A stretch of DNA of 64,000 nt from Felis catus (taxonomy: Eukaryota): NCBI RefSeq assembly GCF_018350175.1, contig NC_058368.1:20648001-20712000 (forward strand), written 5' to 3'. A model generated the notes under the pieces. That model did not search any database. It saw only the letters and a program-made list of their open reading frames with translations, and was not told the origin of the DNA. Each line of letters begins with the position of its first letter. Within the stretch, counting starts at the first letter, position 1. Shown piece after piece: positions 43,530 through 56,199 of the stretch. Both the position numbers and the translations under genes were made by a program.

Positions 43530-44497
43530 ACATCAGAATCTGGTATAAAGAATTAATATGCTCATGTATCGGAAGAATTAATATCGTTAAAATGTCCATA
43601 CTTCCCAAAGAAATCTACAGATTCAATGTCATCTCTATCAAAATACCAATAGTAGCTTTACAGAACTAGGACGAATAATCCTAAAATCTGTATGGAACCA
43701 CAAAAAAACCCAAATAGCCAAAACAATCTTGAGAAAGAAGCACCAGGCGGAAGCTATCACAATACCAGACTTCAAGAACTACTACAAAGTTATAGAAATC
43801 AAAACAGTATGGTACTAGCCCAAAAATAGACACAGAGGTCAACAGAACAGAATTGAAACCCCTGGAATAAACCCATGTGTATGTGACCAATTAATCTATG
43901 ACAAAGGAGGCAACAATATACAATGGGGAAAAGACAGAATTTCCAATAAATGGTGTTGGGAAAACTAGACAGCTACATGCAAAAGAATGAAACTGAACCA
44001 CTTTCTTATACTTTACACACAAAAAATAAATTCAAAATGGATTAAAAACCTAAGCATGAGACCTGAAACCACAAAACTCATAAAAGAAAACATAGGCAGT
44101 AATCTTTGACATTGGCCTTAGCAACATATTTCAAAATATGTCTCCTCAGGCAGCGGAAACATAAGCAAAAATAAATTTGGGGGACTATACCAAAATAAAA
44201 ATTTTTTTGTACTGAACAGGAAACCATCAGCAAAACAAAAAGGCAACCTGAATGGGAGAAGATATTTGCAAATGATATACGTGTTAAGGGGTTAATATCC
44301 AATGTATATATAAAGAACATATCTAACTCAACACCAAAAAAAAAAAAAATCTGATTAAAAAGTAAGAAGAGAGGGGACCCTGGGTGTCTCAGTAGGTTAA
44401 ACATCCAACTCCTTCCTGGTTTTGGCTCAGGTCATGATCTCATGGTTCATGTGTTGGAGCCCCGCGTCTGGCTCACCAGCACAGAGCCTGCCTGGGA

Positions 44498-44533
<36 letters not shown>

Positions 44534-45062
44534 TGCTGCTGCTGCTTCCCCACTCTCTCACTCTCTCTCAAGAGAAATAAATCAACTTTTATTAAAAAAA
44601 GTGAGAAGAGAAACTTGAATAGACATTTCTTTTTCCCGAGAAGACATACACGTGGCCAACAGACACGAGAGAAAGATACTCAACATTACTAATCATCAGG
44701 GAGATGCAAATCAAAACCACCATGAGGTATCACCTCACACCTATCAGAATGGCTAGTATCAAACATATAAGAAATAGCAAGTGTTGGTGAGGACGTGGAG
44801 AAAAGAGAACCCTCATGCACTGTTGGTAGGAATGTAAATTGTTAAAACTACTGTGGAAAACAGTATGGAGATTCCTCAAAGAATTAAAAATAGAAATACC
44901 GTATAATCCAGTAAGGCCACTACTGGGTATTTACTCGAAGAAAGTGGAAATTAATTCAAAACCATATATGCACCTCTGTGTTTATTGCGGCATTATTTAT
45001 AATAGTCAAGATGTGGAAGTAACCCAAGTGTCTATCCATAGATGAATGGATAAAGAAAATGT

Positions 45063-45112
<50 letters not shown>

Positions 45113-45600
45113 GTGGGATGTTACTTCACCATAAAAAAAAGAAATCTTGCCATTTGTGACAACATAAATGGACCTAGAGAGTGTTATACTAAGTGAAATA
45201 AGTCGGTCAGAGAAAGACAATACCAGAGGATTGCACTTATATGTGAAATATAAAAAACAAAACAAATGAATATACAAACAAATAAACAGACACTTAAATA
45301 CAAAGAACCAGCCGGTGGTTGCCAGATGGAGGTTGGTAGGGGGTGAAATAAATAAAGGGTATTAAGAGATACAAACTTCCAGTTATAAAATAAGTCACGG
45401 AGATGAAAAGTACAGCATAGGGAATATAGTCAATAATATTGTAATAATTTTCAATGGTGACAGATGGTGATTATACTTATCCGAGTGTCGTGGTGAACAC
45501 TGAGTAATGCCCAGAATTGTTAAATCAATATGTCGTACACTGGAAACGAACATAACATTGTATGCCAATTATACTTCAATGATAAATTTAAAACGGAAAA
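43530..45600 (+). mobile_element. 5'-truncated L1 (ORF2 C-terminal part and 3' UTR) with a CanSINE at about 44373-44597 and (TA)n at about 45065-45108
   Basis: [23 protein letters not shown] is L1 ORF2-like; frames broken. Confidence 0.9.
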
Positions 45601-46789
45601 TTAAAATGAAGTCAGGACGAAGATAAGCACGTGAAACACAGGTAAACAGTTGCTAGAAAATTTGGCTTTCAGCTTCCTGGCAGTTACCACAAGAGAAAAA
45701 CAGCCGGCGAGGCATCTCATAGTCTAAAGATGCAGGCAAACCAGTTTCCTGGAGGAAAGATTCCTGGAGGGAAGATTCTTTCCCAGGCTCAGGAGACTAT
45801 GGCCAGAGGACACCTCACTCGGAACTAAGACAAGACTCTGTCAAAGGATGCGTGTTAACAGCACAAGGAATTTTCTTGCACAATTCAAGATTCTGATCAT
45901 CCAACTTTCTCACTCTAGTATCTTAGGGCAATAGGGATGTAGATATTCTGGTCTGTGTTCAGAAAAAGTCATTCATGTGATTGGATGTGAACGGAAGGGC
46001 AGACAAATATGAACTGAAAAGCTATTATGCTTTCCTTTGAAGTCCAGTGAGTTTTCCCCTTACCTGGAGGTGCAGAATAGAGTCCCAAATAATAGTCTGT
46101 GGGCCCAACTGGGCTGTGAATATCTTTTATGGGACCCAGAGAGAGTGATTTTGTCAGCCACGTTCAGACACTGGGAGAGTTCATATAATCAGGACTTCCA
46201 GTTTCTCTTGAAACACTGAGGTGGAAACACTGCTATCCCCATTCTGCTATCCCCGCTCCACCCCCCTTAAATGAGGCTTCCAGTCTCCTGGAATTCAGGG
46301 CTGCTCCCTCCTGAGAGGATGCATGCTTTCAACTTTCCCACGGTCAAGCCTCAGCCTGCTTCTTTCATTTAATTTATGAGGCTGGCTCCCAAACTTGCAA
46401 CTTCTGGTCTAGACAGTGTTAAGTGTTCATCTTATGTTCCTGGGATCATGTTATGGGCACTGTATGCTGTGGGCCTTTAGTTGGGTTGGCAGAGTGGCTG
46501 TTGTTTGGCCTTAACTGTGTGTCACCCAAGGGGTCTGGTGACCACAAGGCTGGGATTTGCAGAGGAAATCTATAGAGACCAGTGAGCTACGCTACAAAAG
46601 TGTTTATAATAAAATGTTTATTATCTAATTTAAGCGGGCATAGTCTTCCCCTTTATTAATAAAAAAATATCTCCCACTTATTCACTTGTTATTTACCATG
46701 TGCCAGAAGCTATGTATATGTTATAAACACAGTTTAATTATTATTTTAAAGCCTGCAAAAATAGCATTATTATCTTCATTTTAATAATC

Positions 46790-47725
46790 AAATAATTTTA
46801 ACAATCAAATAATCCAGTGAAGAAATGGGCAGAAGACATGAACAGATACTTTTCCAGAGAAGACATCCAGATGGCCAACAGACACATGAAAAGATGTTCA
46901 ACATCACTCATCATCAGGGAAATACAAATCAAAGCCACACTGAGATGTCACCTCACACCGGTCAGAGTGGCTAAAATTAACAACTCAGGAAACAACAGAT
47001 GCTGGCGAGGATGTGAAGAAATGGGAACCCTCTTGCACTGTTGGTGGGAATGCAAACTGGTGCAGCCACTCTGGAAAAGTGTGGAGGTTTCTCAAAAAAA
47101 TTAAAAATAGAACTACCCTATGACCCAGCAATAACACTACTGGAAATTTATCTAAAGGATATGAGAGTGCTGATTCATAGGGGTACATGTACCCCAATGT
47201 TTATGGCAGTGCTTTCAACAATAGCCAAATTATGGAAAGAGCCTAAATGTCCATCAACTGATGAATGGATAAAGATGTGGTTTATACAGACAATGGAATA
47301 CTACTTGGCAATAAGAAAGAATGAAATCTTGCCATTTGCAGCAACGTGGATGGAACTGGAAGGTATTACGCTAAGTGAACTAAGTAAGTCAGAGAAAGAC
47401 AGATATCATATGTTTCCACTCATATGTGGAACCTGAGAAATTTAACAGAAGACCATGGGGGAAGGGAATGGAAAAAAATAGTTACAAACAGAGAGGGAAG
47501 AGGCAAAACATAAGAGACTCTTAAATATAGAGAACAAGCTGAGGGTAGATGGGGAGGAGTGGGAAGAGGGGAAAATGAGCGAAGGGCATTGAGGAGGGCA
47601 CTTGTTGGGATGAGCACTGGGTGTTGTATGTAACCGATGAACCACGGGAATCTACCCCCAAAACCAAGAGCACGCTGTACACACTGTATGTGAACCAATT
47701 TGACAATAAATTATATTAAAAAACA
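46790..47725 (+). mobile_element. Relatively young felid-type L1 3' end inserted into a MIR
   Basis: Near-intact ORF2 C-terminus KKWAEDMNR...KIELPYDPAI...CTPMF; 3' UTR ending gacaataaattatattaaaaaa; MIR halves on either side. Confidence 0.9.
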
Positions 47726-48341
47726 TAAAGCTGGGAAAACTGAGGCTCAGAGAGGTATAGGAACCTGCCCAAACTCCTGCAGAAAGCAGTGTGGACACCA
47801 AGATATAAAGCTGTTTCTGCCTGATTCCAATGCTTGTGGTCTTCTCCCATGTCACATTGTTTTGCTCATTATGGCTCATGGCTGGTTTTTCTCCCTCTTC
47901 ACAAGGGGACATGGGAGAGATGGTATGGCTTCTTTTGTCTCCCTGAAGTAAAGATGGAACCAGGGAATCAAAATAAAAAGTAGAGAGCTTCATGTGTCAG
48001 AAAATGTGAGTTCTAGCTCTGGCTCTAGGGCTAACTTACAGAGTGCTCTATATGTCCCTTAGCTTCTGGCTTTTCAATCTTGTAAGGGAATGATAATTAC
48101 TCCATTCTAGATCCCACTGTTACGAAGCATGGATTAGCTGAGATGACCAGGACAAAAGGAAGAGTTGTGATTTATTTACATATGTTAGGTATAATTGTTT
48201 ATTATTAGTTTGTTGTAGAAACGACATAATTTATGGGAATAAACAACATATCAATAAATACTCATTCATTGAGTATTAATGAATAAACCACATAATTTAA
48301 AACTCAATTCAGTCACGAAATTAGTTCTCTCAAAAATTTGA

Positions 48342-48566
48342 GGGGCGCCTGGGTGGCGCAGTCGGTTAAGCGTCCGACTTCAGCCAGGTCACGATCTCGC
48401 GGTCCGTGAGTTTGAGCCCCGCGTCGGGCTCTGGGCTGATGGCTCGGAGCCTGGAGCCTGTTTCCGATTCTGTGTCTCCCTCTCTCTCTGCCCCTCCCCC
48501 GTTCATGCTCTGTCTCTCTCTGTCCCAAAAATAAATAAACGTTGAAAAAAAAAAAAAAAACTTAAA
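48342..48566 (+). mobile_element. Young SINEC_Fc
   Basis: ggggcgcctgggtggcgcagtcggttaagcgtccgacttcagcc; TSD aaaaatttgag. Confidence 0.95.
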
Positions 48567-48577
48567 AAAAATTTGAG

Positions 48578-48661
48578 TGGATGATTGAATGGTTGGATGG
48601 CTGGCTGGATGGCTGGATAGTTGGTTGGATAGATGGATGGATGGGTGGTTGCATGGATGGA
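48578..48661. repeat. Imperfect (TGGA/TGGC/TGGT)n tetranucleotide repeat
   Basis: Direct inspection. Confidence 0.85.
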
Positions 48662-49447
48662 CAGCCTGTGTTATTTGGTGTTCTATCAATGTTGGGCCTG
48701 TTTTTTTCTAGACTGAGACTAAGTGGGTTGTAGAAGAGAGCTAAGGACTCATGAAGTCAGCTTCTATTTGTTTCACTTTCTTGTTTTCAAAATTCATTTC
48801 CTAAATGAAGGAGTTTTGTAAAATTTATACAATGTTCATAACTGGAAATTCTGCTAAGTTGGTAAATTCTAGTTAATGAAAATGACTGCCATCATAATCC
48901 TCATCAAAATCATTAGAGTGAAAGTATTTTCTTTTCTTGGGCTGGTAGAATGAATTTCCATATGTGTATTACTCTCCCCCAACCCATATAACACATATTA
49001 TGAACTAAATATTTCCAAGTGTGACTCTTCCTTTTAAGTGATTTCCCATATTTTCACTTCACAAGAGGCCTCTTAAAATATTATAGTGGTGACAATGACC
49101 TTGTTCAAATAGGTGCAGAGCCAGCCTTTTACATTTCTAATACATTTTTCTGGAGTTTAAATTAGATTGTAAAAAACTGCCTGTTTGATCTTACCAGGTA
49201 TGGCTGATAATACTTTGCTAATTTAAACACTTTCCATGCTGAAGCTCAATTCAATTTAAAAATACATATTGCTTAAAATGCCATCTTTTGTGGGTTTTTT
49301 TGTTATTCTAGCCATGAAATAGAAAAGCTCAATCTCTTTAATATAAATTGGTTATTTCAAAGATCAAAATATGGCATTTACTATTTCATTGTAAAATAGA
49401 TAATAAGAATGCCTTTATGGACAGAAATATCTCTTAAAAAATCTATT

Positions 49448-49722
49448 TCACCCGCAGTCAGAGAGGGAGGGAGGCAAACCACAAGAGACTCTTAAATACA
49501 GAGAACAATCTGAGGGTGGATGGAGGGGTGGAGGAGAGGGGAAAGTGGGTGATGGGCATTGAGACAGCACCTGCTGGGATGAGCACTGGGTGTTGTATGT
49601 AAGCGCTGAACCACGGGAATCTACCCCAAAAACCAAGGGCACACTTTACACACTGTATGTTAGCCAACTTGACAAAAATTATATTAAAAAAATAAATAAA
49701 AACACAAATGAGAAAAAAAAAG
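49448..49722 (+). mobile_element. Short felid-type L1 3' UTR insertion
   Basis: Closely similar to 47490-47720; flanking aaaatctatt repeats. Confidence 0.88.
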
Positions 49723-50089
49723 AAAATCTATTCAATCTAATCAGTGGGAGATTTGTTATAATTTATATAAGGTAAGTGTATCATGGAGAGTAAATAGAAC
49801 TTATTTATTTATAAATACTAGATTTATAAATAATGCATTTTGTCTCCTAAGATGGCGAGTCATAAAACATAGCACTGTTTTATTTTACCATATTATTCCA
49901 GAATCATCACTTTAATATTTAACCCAAAGATCTCTATTATTTACCTTAAAGTGTTTATGTATTTGATATCAAAAATTTCAAAGAAATTATGGAGACTTTT
50001 TAGTTAATCAAGAAAGAATATTTAAACTCTTCTTTAAATCCTTTTTCTCAAGGTTAACAACACTTTTGGTAAAACTCAGATGCATTAAT

Positions 50090-50317
50090 TTTTTTATTTT
50101 TAAAAAAAAATTTTTAACGTTTTTATTACTGAGAGATAGAGAGAGACAGAGCATGAGCATGGGAGGGACATAAAGAGGGGAAGACACAGAATCTGAAACA
50201 GGCTCCAAGCTCTGAGCTATCAGCACAGAGCCCGACGCGGGGCTTGAACTCAAAAACCGTGAGATCGTGACCTGAGCCGAAGTCAGACGCTTAACCGACT
50301 GAGCTACCCAGGCGCCC
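50090..50317 (-). mobile_element. SINEC_Fc
   Basis: Consensus sequence; TSD ctcagatgcat. Confidence 0.93.
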
Positions 50318-51280
50318 CTCAGATGCATAAATTTAAGTGTGTTTTTTCACCGGACAAATACCACCGCACTGAAGAGTTCTTGTATCTGTAGATTACTCTG
50401 GGAAAGGAATAATTTATTTCATTTTTACCCCTTCAGAGCATTTGTTTTTCATAAGCAACAAGTCATATTAAACTTGGAAAAGAAGTCTTAATTTTAAGAC
50501 ATATTATTTTTGCATTAATTCCATAGCTTTTGCTACATTCATATCAAGATTTTCTCCATTGTTTTAAATATATTTATCTACGAAGTAGATTTATGCACGT
50601 AAAACTATATATAACTTCGCATATATCAACAAGTTACACCCTGAATCCCAACTGTGGTTGATTGAAAGACACTTGTTTTTATTCAGTAGATGAAAGTTTA
50701 TGCCTTTCTGCTGATGTAACTTATGGTATTGCCCTGTGCTAGACCTCAGGACCTTCATAGCTATTTTTCTTGTGCTTATTTAGGAGTAAGCTGTTTATCT
50801 TGCCATGGCCTTGCTTGCCCTTTACCTGTATCTCCAGGTACAGACTAACACTCATCTTTGAAACGTTAACCACACACATACACACCCAAATAGATTTTCT
50901 GTAGCTGGAGCAGAGTCAGCTGCTGTGGGGGCTGGAAGGATGTCAAATCCCATCTACCCCACAATTTCACCAAGAGTGTCTCAGAAAAGATAAGACGGGC
51001 CAAGCCCACAGGGGTGCCTCAGGTCTGGCTTCCAGAACTCATCCCCATGGTATTTTCCACAATATCAGGTTGGCTTCATGGTTATTTATTTATATCAATT
51101 TCAAATAGCATTTCTAGTGAAAACAGGATTCTGCTACTGAAAAAAAAAAAAGCACAAAATAAATACTATAATTAATAAAAACAAAACCAAAAAACTGACA
51201 AACACCAACCTTCTTTTTCTTATAGATTTTTAAGTATAAGGCTAGAAAATTTAGGTGACTTTTTTAAGATTATAGAGACC

Positions 51281-51512
51281 GGGGCGCCTGGGTGGCTCAG
51301 TCCGTTGAGCATCCGACTTCGGCTCAGGTCATGATCTTACAGGTCATGAGTTCAAGCCCCACGTCAGGCTCTGTGCTGACGGCTCAGAGCCTGGAACCTG
51401 CTTCCAGTTCTGTGTCTCCCTCTCTCTCTGTTCCTTTCCCACTCGTTCTCTGTCTGTCTGTCTGCCTCTCTCTCTCTCTCAAAAATAAACATTCAAAACA
51501 AAATTACATATA
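51281..51512 (+). mobile_element. SINEC_Fc
   Basis: Perfect 18-bp TSD tttaagattatagagacc (51263-51280, 51513-51530). Confidence 0.94.
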
Positions 51513-52831
51513 TTTAAGATTATAGAGACCAATTCAGTTCTTCTGACTTCTGATTCAGGCTTCCCTCTGGTAGACCCCAAAACTCAAACGCATCAAGCTG
51601 CCGGTATAGCTAGTCTTTGCCTACTCAGCTTGGCTGGTGATAGGCAGAAGGGAGCGTTAATGCTAAACCTGTTGAATGGGTCCATTTTCTCCCTGGGCCT
51701 AACCACAGAAGTCCCCGCTGGGTAATTTTTGTAGATGAGCAGATTTCCCTCTCAGAAATGCCAATCGTTACAATCCTTTTAGGGACAGAAGGTTCCAGCC
51801 AATTATCAGCATTTCTGTTAAACAGATAGGAGTTCTATGTAAAGGACCAAACTCATGAGGCTCCACTCGGTATAGCCATATATCCATGGAGACCCGAGGA
51901 CTCATTGTATGAAGTCTGATATGGGCCCTACTTCTCCTTGGTATCTTTCCTTCTTGTGCATCTCTGGATACGTCCCCTTCTCACTGCTTTCTCTGGGTCC
52001 TCAACATTCACTTTCTGCCTACACTCTTCTGATCCGCCTTTCCTTTTCTGTTTACGTGCCCCCTATCAAGGCTCCAAAGCATGGAGTTTATCTATTAGGG
52101 TCATGGTAGCAAGTTTCTGTGGCCTTGACAAATAAAAGCAGGGCGCTCCTTGGCAGGTGCTTCCAGCTGCCACACATACGTGCACACAGACACACACGTG
52201 CACGCACACACATGCATACGCACACCTTCCTGCATGAAACCACCAAGAAGTCTATGTGCTTTCACTGGTACCATAAGCTGTCCTAAAAACGTTCAGAACC
52301 CTTTTTATAGTAACCCTACTTTTAAAAATAATTTTCTAGGGTCCAGTCATTAAAAAGAAAATATCATTAAGCTCTTTGAAATTCCACTGGGGCTTAAAGA
52401 TTTAAAACTTTTGGGGTGTTTAATATAAATTTTGCCAAACCTTTAAATAAACTGAAAAATCCACAACTGTTGAATTCCCCCAAGGTCCCTTAAAAACACT
52501 TACAGATTGCTGAGCTATGGGGTAATGATGGATGACCACGAAAGGGCATGGGCAGCACTCAACCAAACACCTCCCCTTTCTATAGCCCTTGGCACCAGAA
52601 GTTCTCTGTGGCCTTGCCCTAATCTAGTGAATTCCAAATGCCAGTCGTGGCCCGGGGCCAGCTGTTGACATGGTCTTCAACTGAAAGTTGGAGTGAAATG
52701 AGAAATTCGGGAAAATAGATTCAGTTGTCTCGTAGAGTTAAATGTATTCCGTGAAAGGCTCTGTCTTTCGTTTTGAGGTTTTTACACTTGCTTTTCTGTC
52801 CTTTCTCTTTTGGTATTAAAATACTCATTTC

Positions 52832-53052
52832 TTTTTTTTAAATTTTTTCAATGTTTACTTATTTTTGAGACAGACAGAGACGGAAAGTGAGTGGATTAGG
52901 GGCAGAGGGAGAGGGAGACACAGAATCCGAAGCAGGCTCCAGGCTCCGAGCTGCCAGCACAGAGCCCCGACGTGGGGCTCGAACCCATGAGCTATGAGAT
53001 CATGACCTGAGCCGAAGTCGGATGCTCAACAAACGAAGCCACCCAGGCGCCT
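52832..53052 (-). mobile_element. CanSINE
   Basis: Consensus sequence; TSD aaaata(c/t)tcatttctt. Confidence 0.92.
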
Positions 53053-54230
53053 CAAAATATTCATTTCTTATAAAAAATGAGGGTTATAGTAGATGATAAA
53101 AATATTCTGTTTTGTTTAAATGACCTTTCCTTATAAAATTAAAAGATGAAAACTCTGTATTGGTTTTAAAACCAATTTTAACTCTCCATGAAATTTAGTC
53201 TGGAAAACATTGCTCTAAGGCTGGGTCAAATCCCAAGACCAGGAGTGAATGCCTACAACCGCTAAAATTCATAAGAGAATTTATCTTTTTATTTTTTTGT
53301 TTTGTGTTTTGTTTTGTTTTGTTTTGTTTTTAAGGAGAACTTCTCTTCTGGAAAACATAGACAATGAGGATAGTAAAGGGTCCATTACTACTCTATTCTT
53401 TTTTTCCCAACATGCATAGAAATATAGGTCCTCTTGAAAAGTGAAATAGAAGATGGGTAAGGAAACAAAAAGCTGCTCCAAAACATTATGAGAAAGTTGC
53501 CTCCATTGTTGATCTGTTTCTTGTGTTGCCTGGCTCAAAGGATCACAAAGTGTGACACTGTCACAAACAGTCCCAATGTGTTTATTTTTTCCTGACAAAT
53601 ACTATAAATTTTCTTCTTGTAGTGAACAAACATTGTTTACGCAGCTGTGATTTCTTAAGTGAAAAGTGACTTTCTACCCCAATGTATCTTTGTTTCAAAG
53701 ACACTTAAAGAGAGCTCCCTCTTGGCATTTGTGGGGGGGGGGGGTACTTTTCAAGTAAGACCGCCTAATTAGGAACAATCACTGTGCATTAGATCTACCA
53801 GAAGGGGGGGGTGGGGAAAAAAAAAAAACTTGGCTTAGTTAAGTGCTTCCATCTTGGGTTACAGACCTCATCTAAAGCGGCTTCTCCTTTGGCCTGAGTA
53901 GTCTTTGCCGTAGAGACAGAAGGTAAGAGCCAATGCTGGCTGGCTGACAGAGATCTAGAACAAACCCACAGGAAATCTCAGCCCCACTCCTCTGAGACCA
54001 GCTGAGATTATTTTACTTCATTTAACTAACCAGATGATAGGTTGACTGATGGGGTCATTATGTCCAGTGCAAGTAATTTTAGAATGAAAATTATGCAATA
54101 GGATAGACCACAGCTCAATTTTTATCACCCCAAATGCATGCAATGTCCCTAATGTGATTGCCTTTGGGCCAAGACTGAAAGAAATGTTCAGTCTCAAGGT
54201 GCCTATATTTTCTGAAATAGATTGAGTGAA

Positions 54231-54267
<37 letters not shown>

Positions 54268-55297
54268 AACCTAAACACATGGAAATGAATTTCTTAGGTT
54301 TTACTTTTAAAACATCAGATACAAAATAAAAAGCAGAGTGATTAATATCTCCTATGGGGCCAGTGGTTGGTGAGGAAAAGTTACCAAGCTTTATCTGACT
54401 ATCCATCAAGTTGTTACTATCATTTTCATACTTGAGTCAGTCAAGTAGGTAGATAAGCTTCCTGACATGTGGAATTGCCTGGGAAACTGGAAACTGATCT
54501 TATTTTTAAAAATGTCCTCACAGAAAAGACATTTTGCTTAAGTGCCTTCTAATTTGAAATACACCTCAAGGACACCATAGTAGTTTCTTTTTGTGTTTTG
54601 TTTTTACTTCCCTTGTTATTCCTATTGACTTTTCTATGTTTTTTTTTTGTTGTTTTGAGATGAAGAAAGAATTTAATTTCGTGATTTGATTAAAAGAAAC
54701 TCAGTTTGCAAGAATAGCAACAGCTTCTCATTTGAATACCTTATGTTATTCCTAGTTGCTAGAGCTTAATTTTTGACTCCCAAACCCAATTTGTAAACCA
54801 ATCCTCCTCTTCACTTCTACCCATCCCAGGCTGACTCCTCTTCTGGAGTTCTTATTTTATCTTTAGGCATCCCTGCCTACTCAACAGCAAGACCTTGTAG
54901 CCAGAGGGTTTCCTTTCCACCCCTTCACTCTGCACATGCATATTGGGTGCCCTACTATGTGCCAGACTCTCCTTTCAGTACTGGAGACAAAGTCACGGAC
55001 AAGACACATATGGATCCCTGTTCTCATAGCAACTACATTCGGGTACATTTCCTCCAGAAATATGCTCACCTTTCATGGACCAACCCCCGACCTCATATAA
55101 ATGTATGTATTTAAAGAGAAAATGCTTATATCATGATACGTGTCATGATAAATTAAATTAAAGAGAAAAAAATCTACATGTATCTAGGACAAAGACATTT
55201 CGTATGCTGGGATCTCTCATCAATGACCAAATACCAACCAACCAAAGAAGCAAACAAAAAACCAATTCTTTGGAATATCACGTGAGAATTTCTAATT

Positions 55298-55459
55298 TTT
55301 TAAAAATGTTTATTTATTTTTGAGAGAGAGGGATGAGAGGGGCAGAGAGAGAGGGATACTGGCTGTCAGCACAGAGCCCGACACAGGGCTCAAACTCACA
55401 AGCTGTGAGATCATGACCGGAGCTGAAGTCAGAGGCTTAACCGAGCCACCCAGGCACCC
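55298..55459 (-). mobile_element. Internally deleted CanSINE
   Basis: TSD tgagaatttctaatttt. Confidence 0.88.
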
Positions 55460-55760
55460 TGAGAATTTCTAATTTTAATATACAGAGTAAACTCAGCAAT
55501 TCCTCATTCACATCTCAGAAGAACCACCCAAAAGCAGAAAGGAAAACAAGAAAAACAGTAATGCAAAGCCTACCCTTTATACATCTAGGAAACAACAGAG
55601 ACCCCAAAACAAAAAATAAAATAAAAGACTTGCAAAATCAGTGAAGGTCAAACTGAAACATAGCAAGCTCCAGAGTGAAGGTGCCCATGGATGCTGAGTT
55701 CAGAAAAAGTCTTAAGAGTTATAAGCGATACATATTGAAATGTAAACCCAGCTTTTTACA

Positions 55761-55966
55761 ACAGAGGCCAGTGAACTTTTTCTTAAACAGCCAAATAGTA
55801 AATATTTTAGGCTTTGTAGACATATGGTCTCTGTCTCAACTACTCAGCCCTGCCACTGTAGAGCCCGAGCAGCCATAGACAAACACATGGGCATGGCTGT
55901 GTTTCAACAAAACTTTATTGATAAAAACAGGCAGCTGGTCCGTGGGCTGCAGTTTGCTGACCCTTG
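55761..55966 (+). mobile_element. MER58A DNA transposon
   Basis: aaatagtaaatattttaggctttg...actactcagccctgccactgtag...gcagccatagacaa...tttgctgacccttg. Confidence 0.88.
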
Positions 55967-56199
55967 TTTTATGCTAATAAAAGTATACCAGCTTGAGTGT
56001 GAGCTTCTCTGGTTTGGATCTCAAGCTGGTGAGGTTTCTAGAAAAAGGAGAAGAGATGGTGTTGAATGAAAAGTTCTACAAAAAAGCCATACTTGCTGGA
56101 AACAATCTGTTGGTTTGCCGGTGAGGAAGAAAGTTACTTTGCCTTATGAATGGCCCAAATCTGCTGATAATCAATTGGCTGGACAAAGTTAAAGGGTGA

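Noticed and set aside
46817..47436. L1 ORF2-like ORFs here and at about 3.9-5.9, 21.2 and 43.5-45 kb
   Set aside because: 5'-truncated, frameshifted retrotransposon remnants; neither host genes nor active elements.
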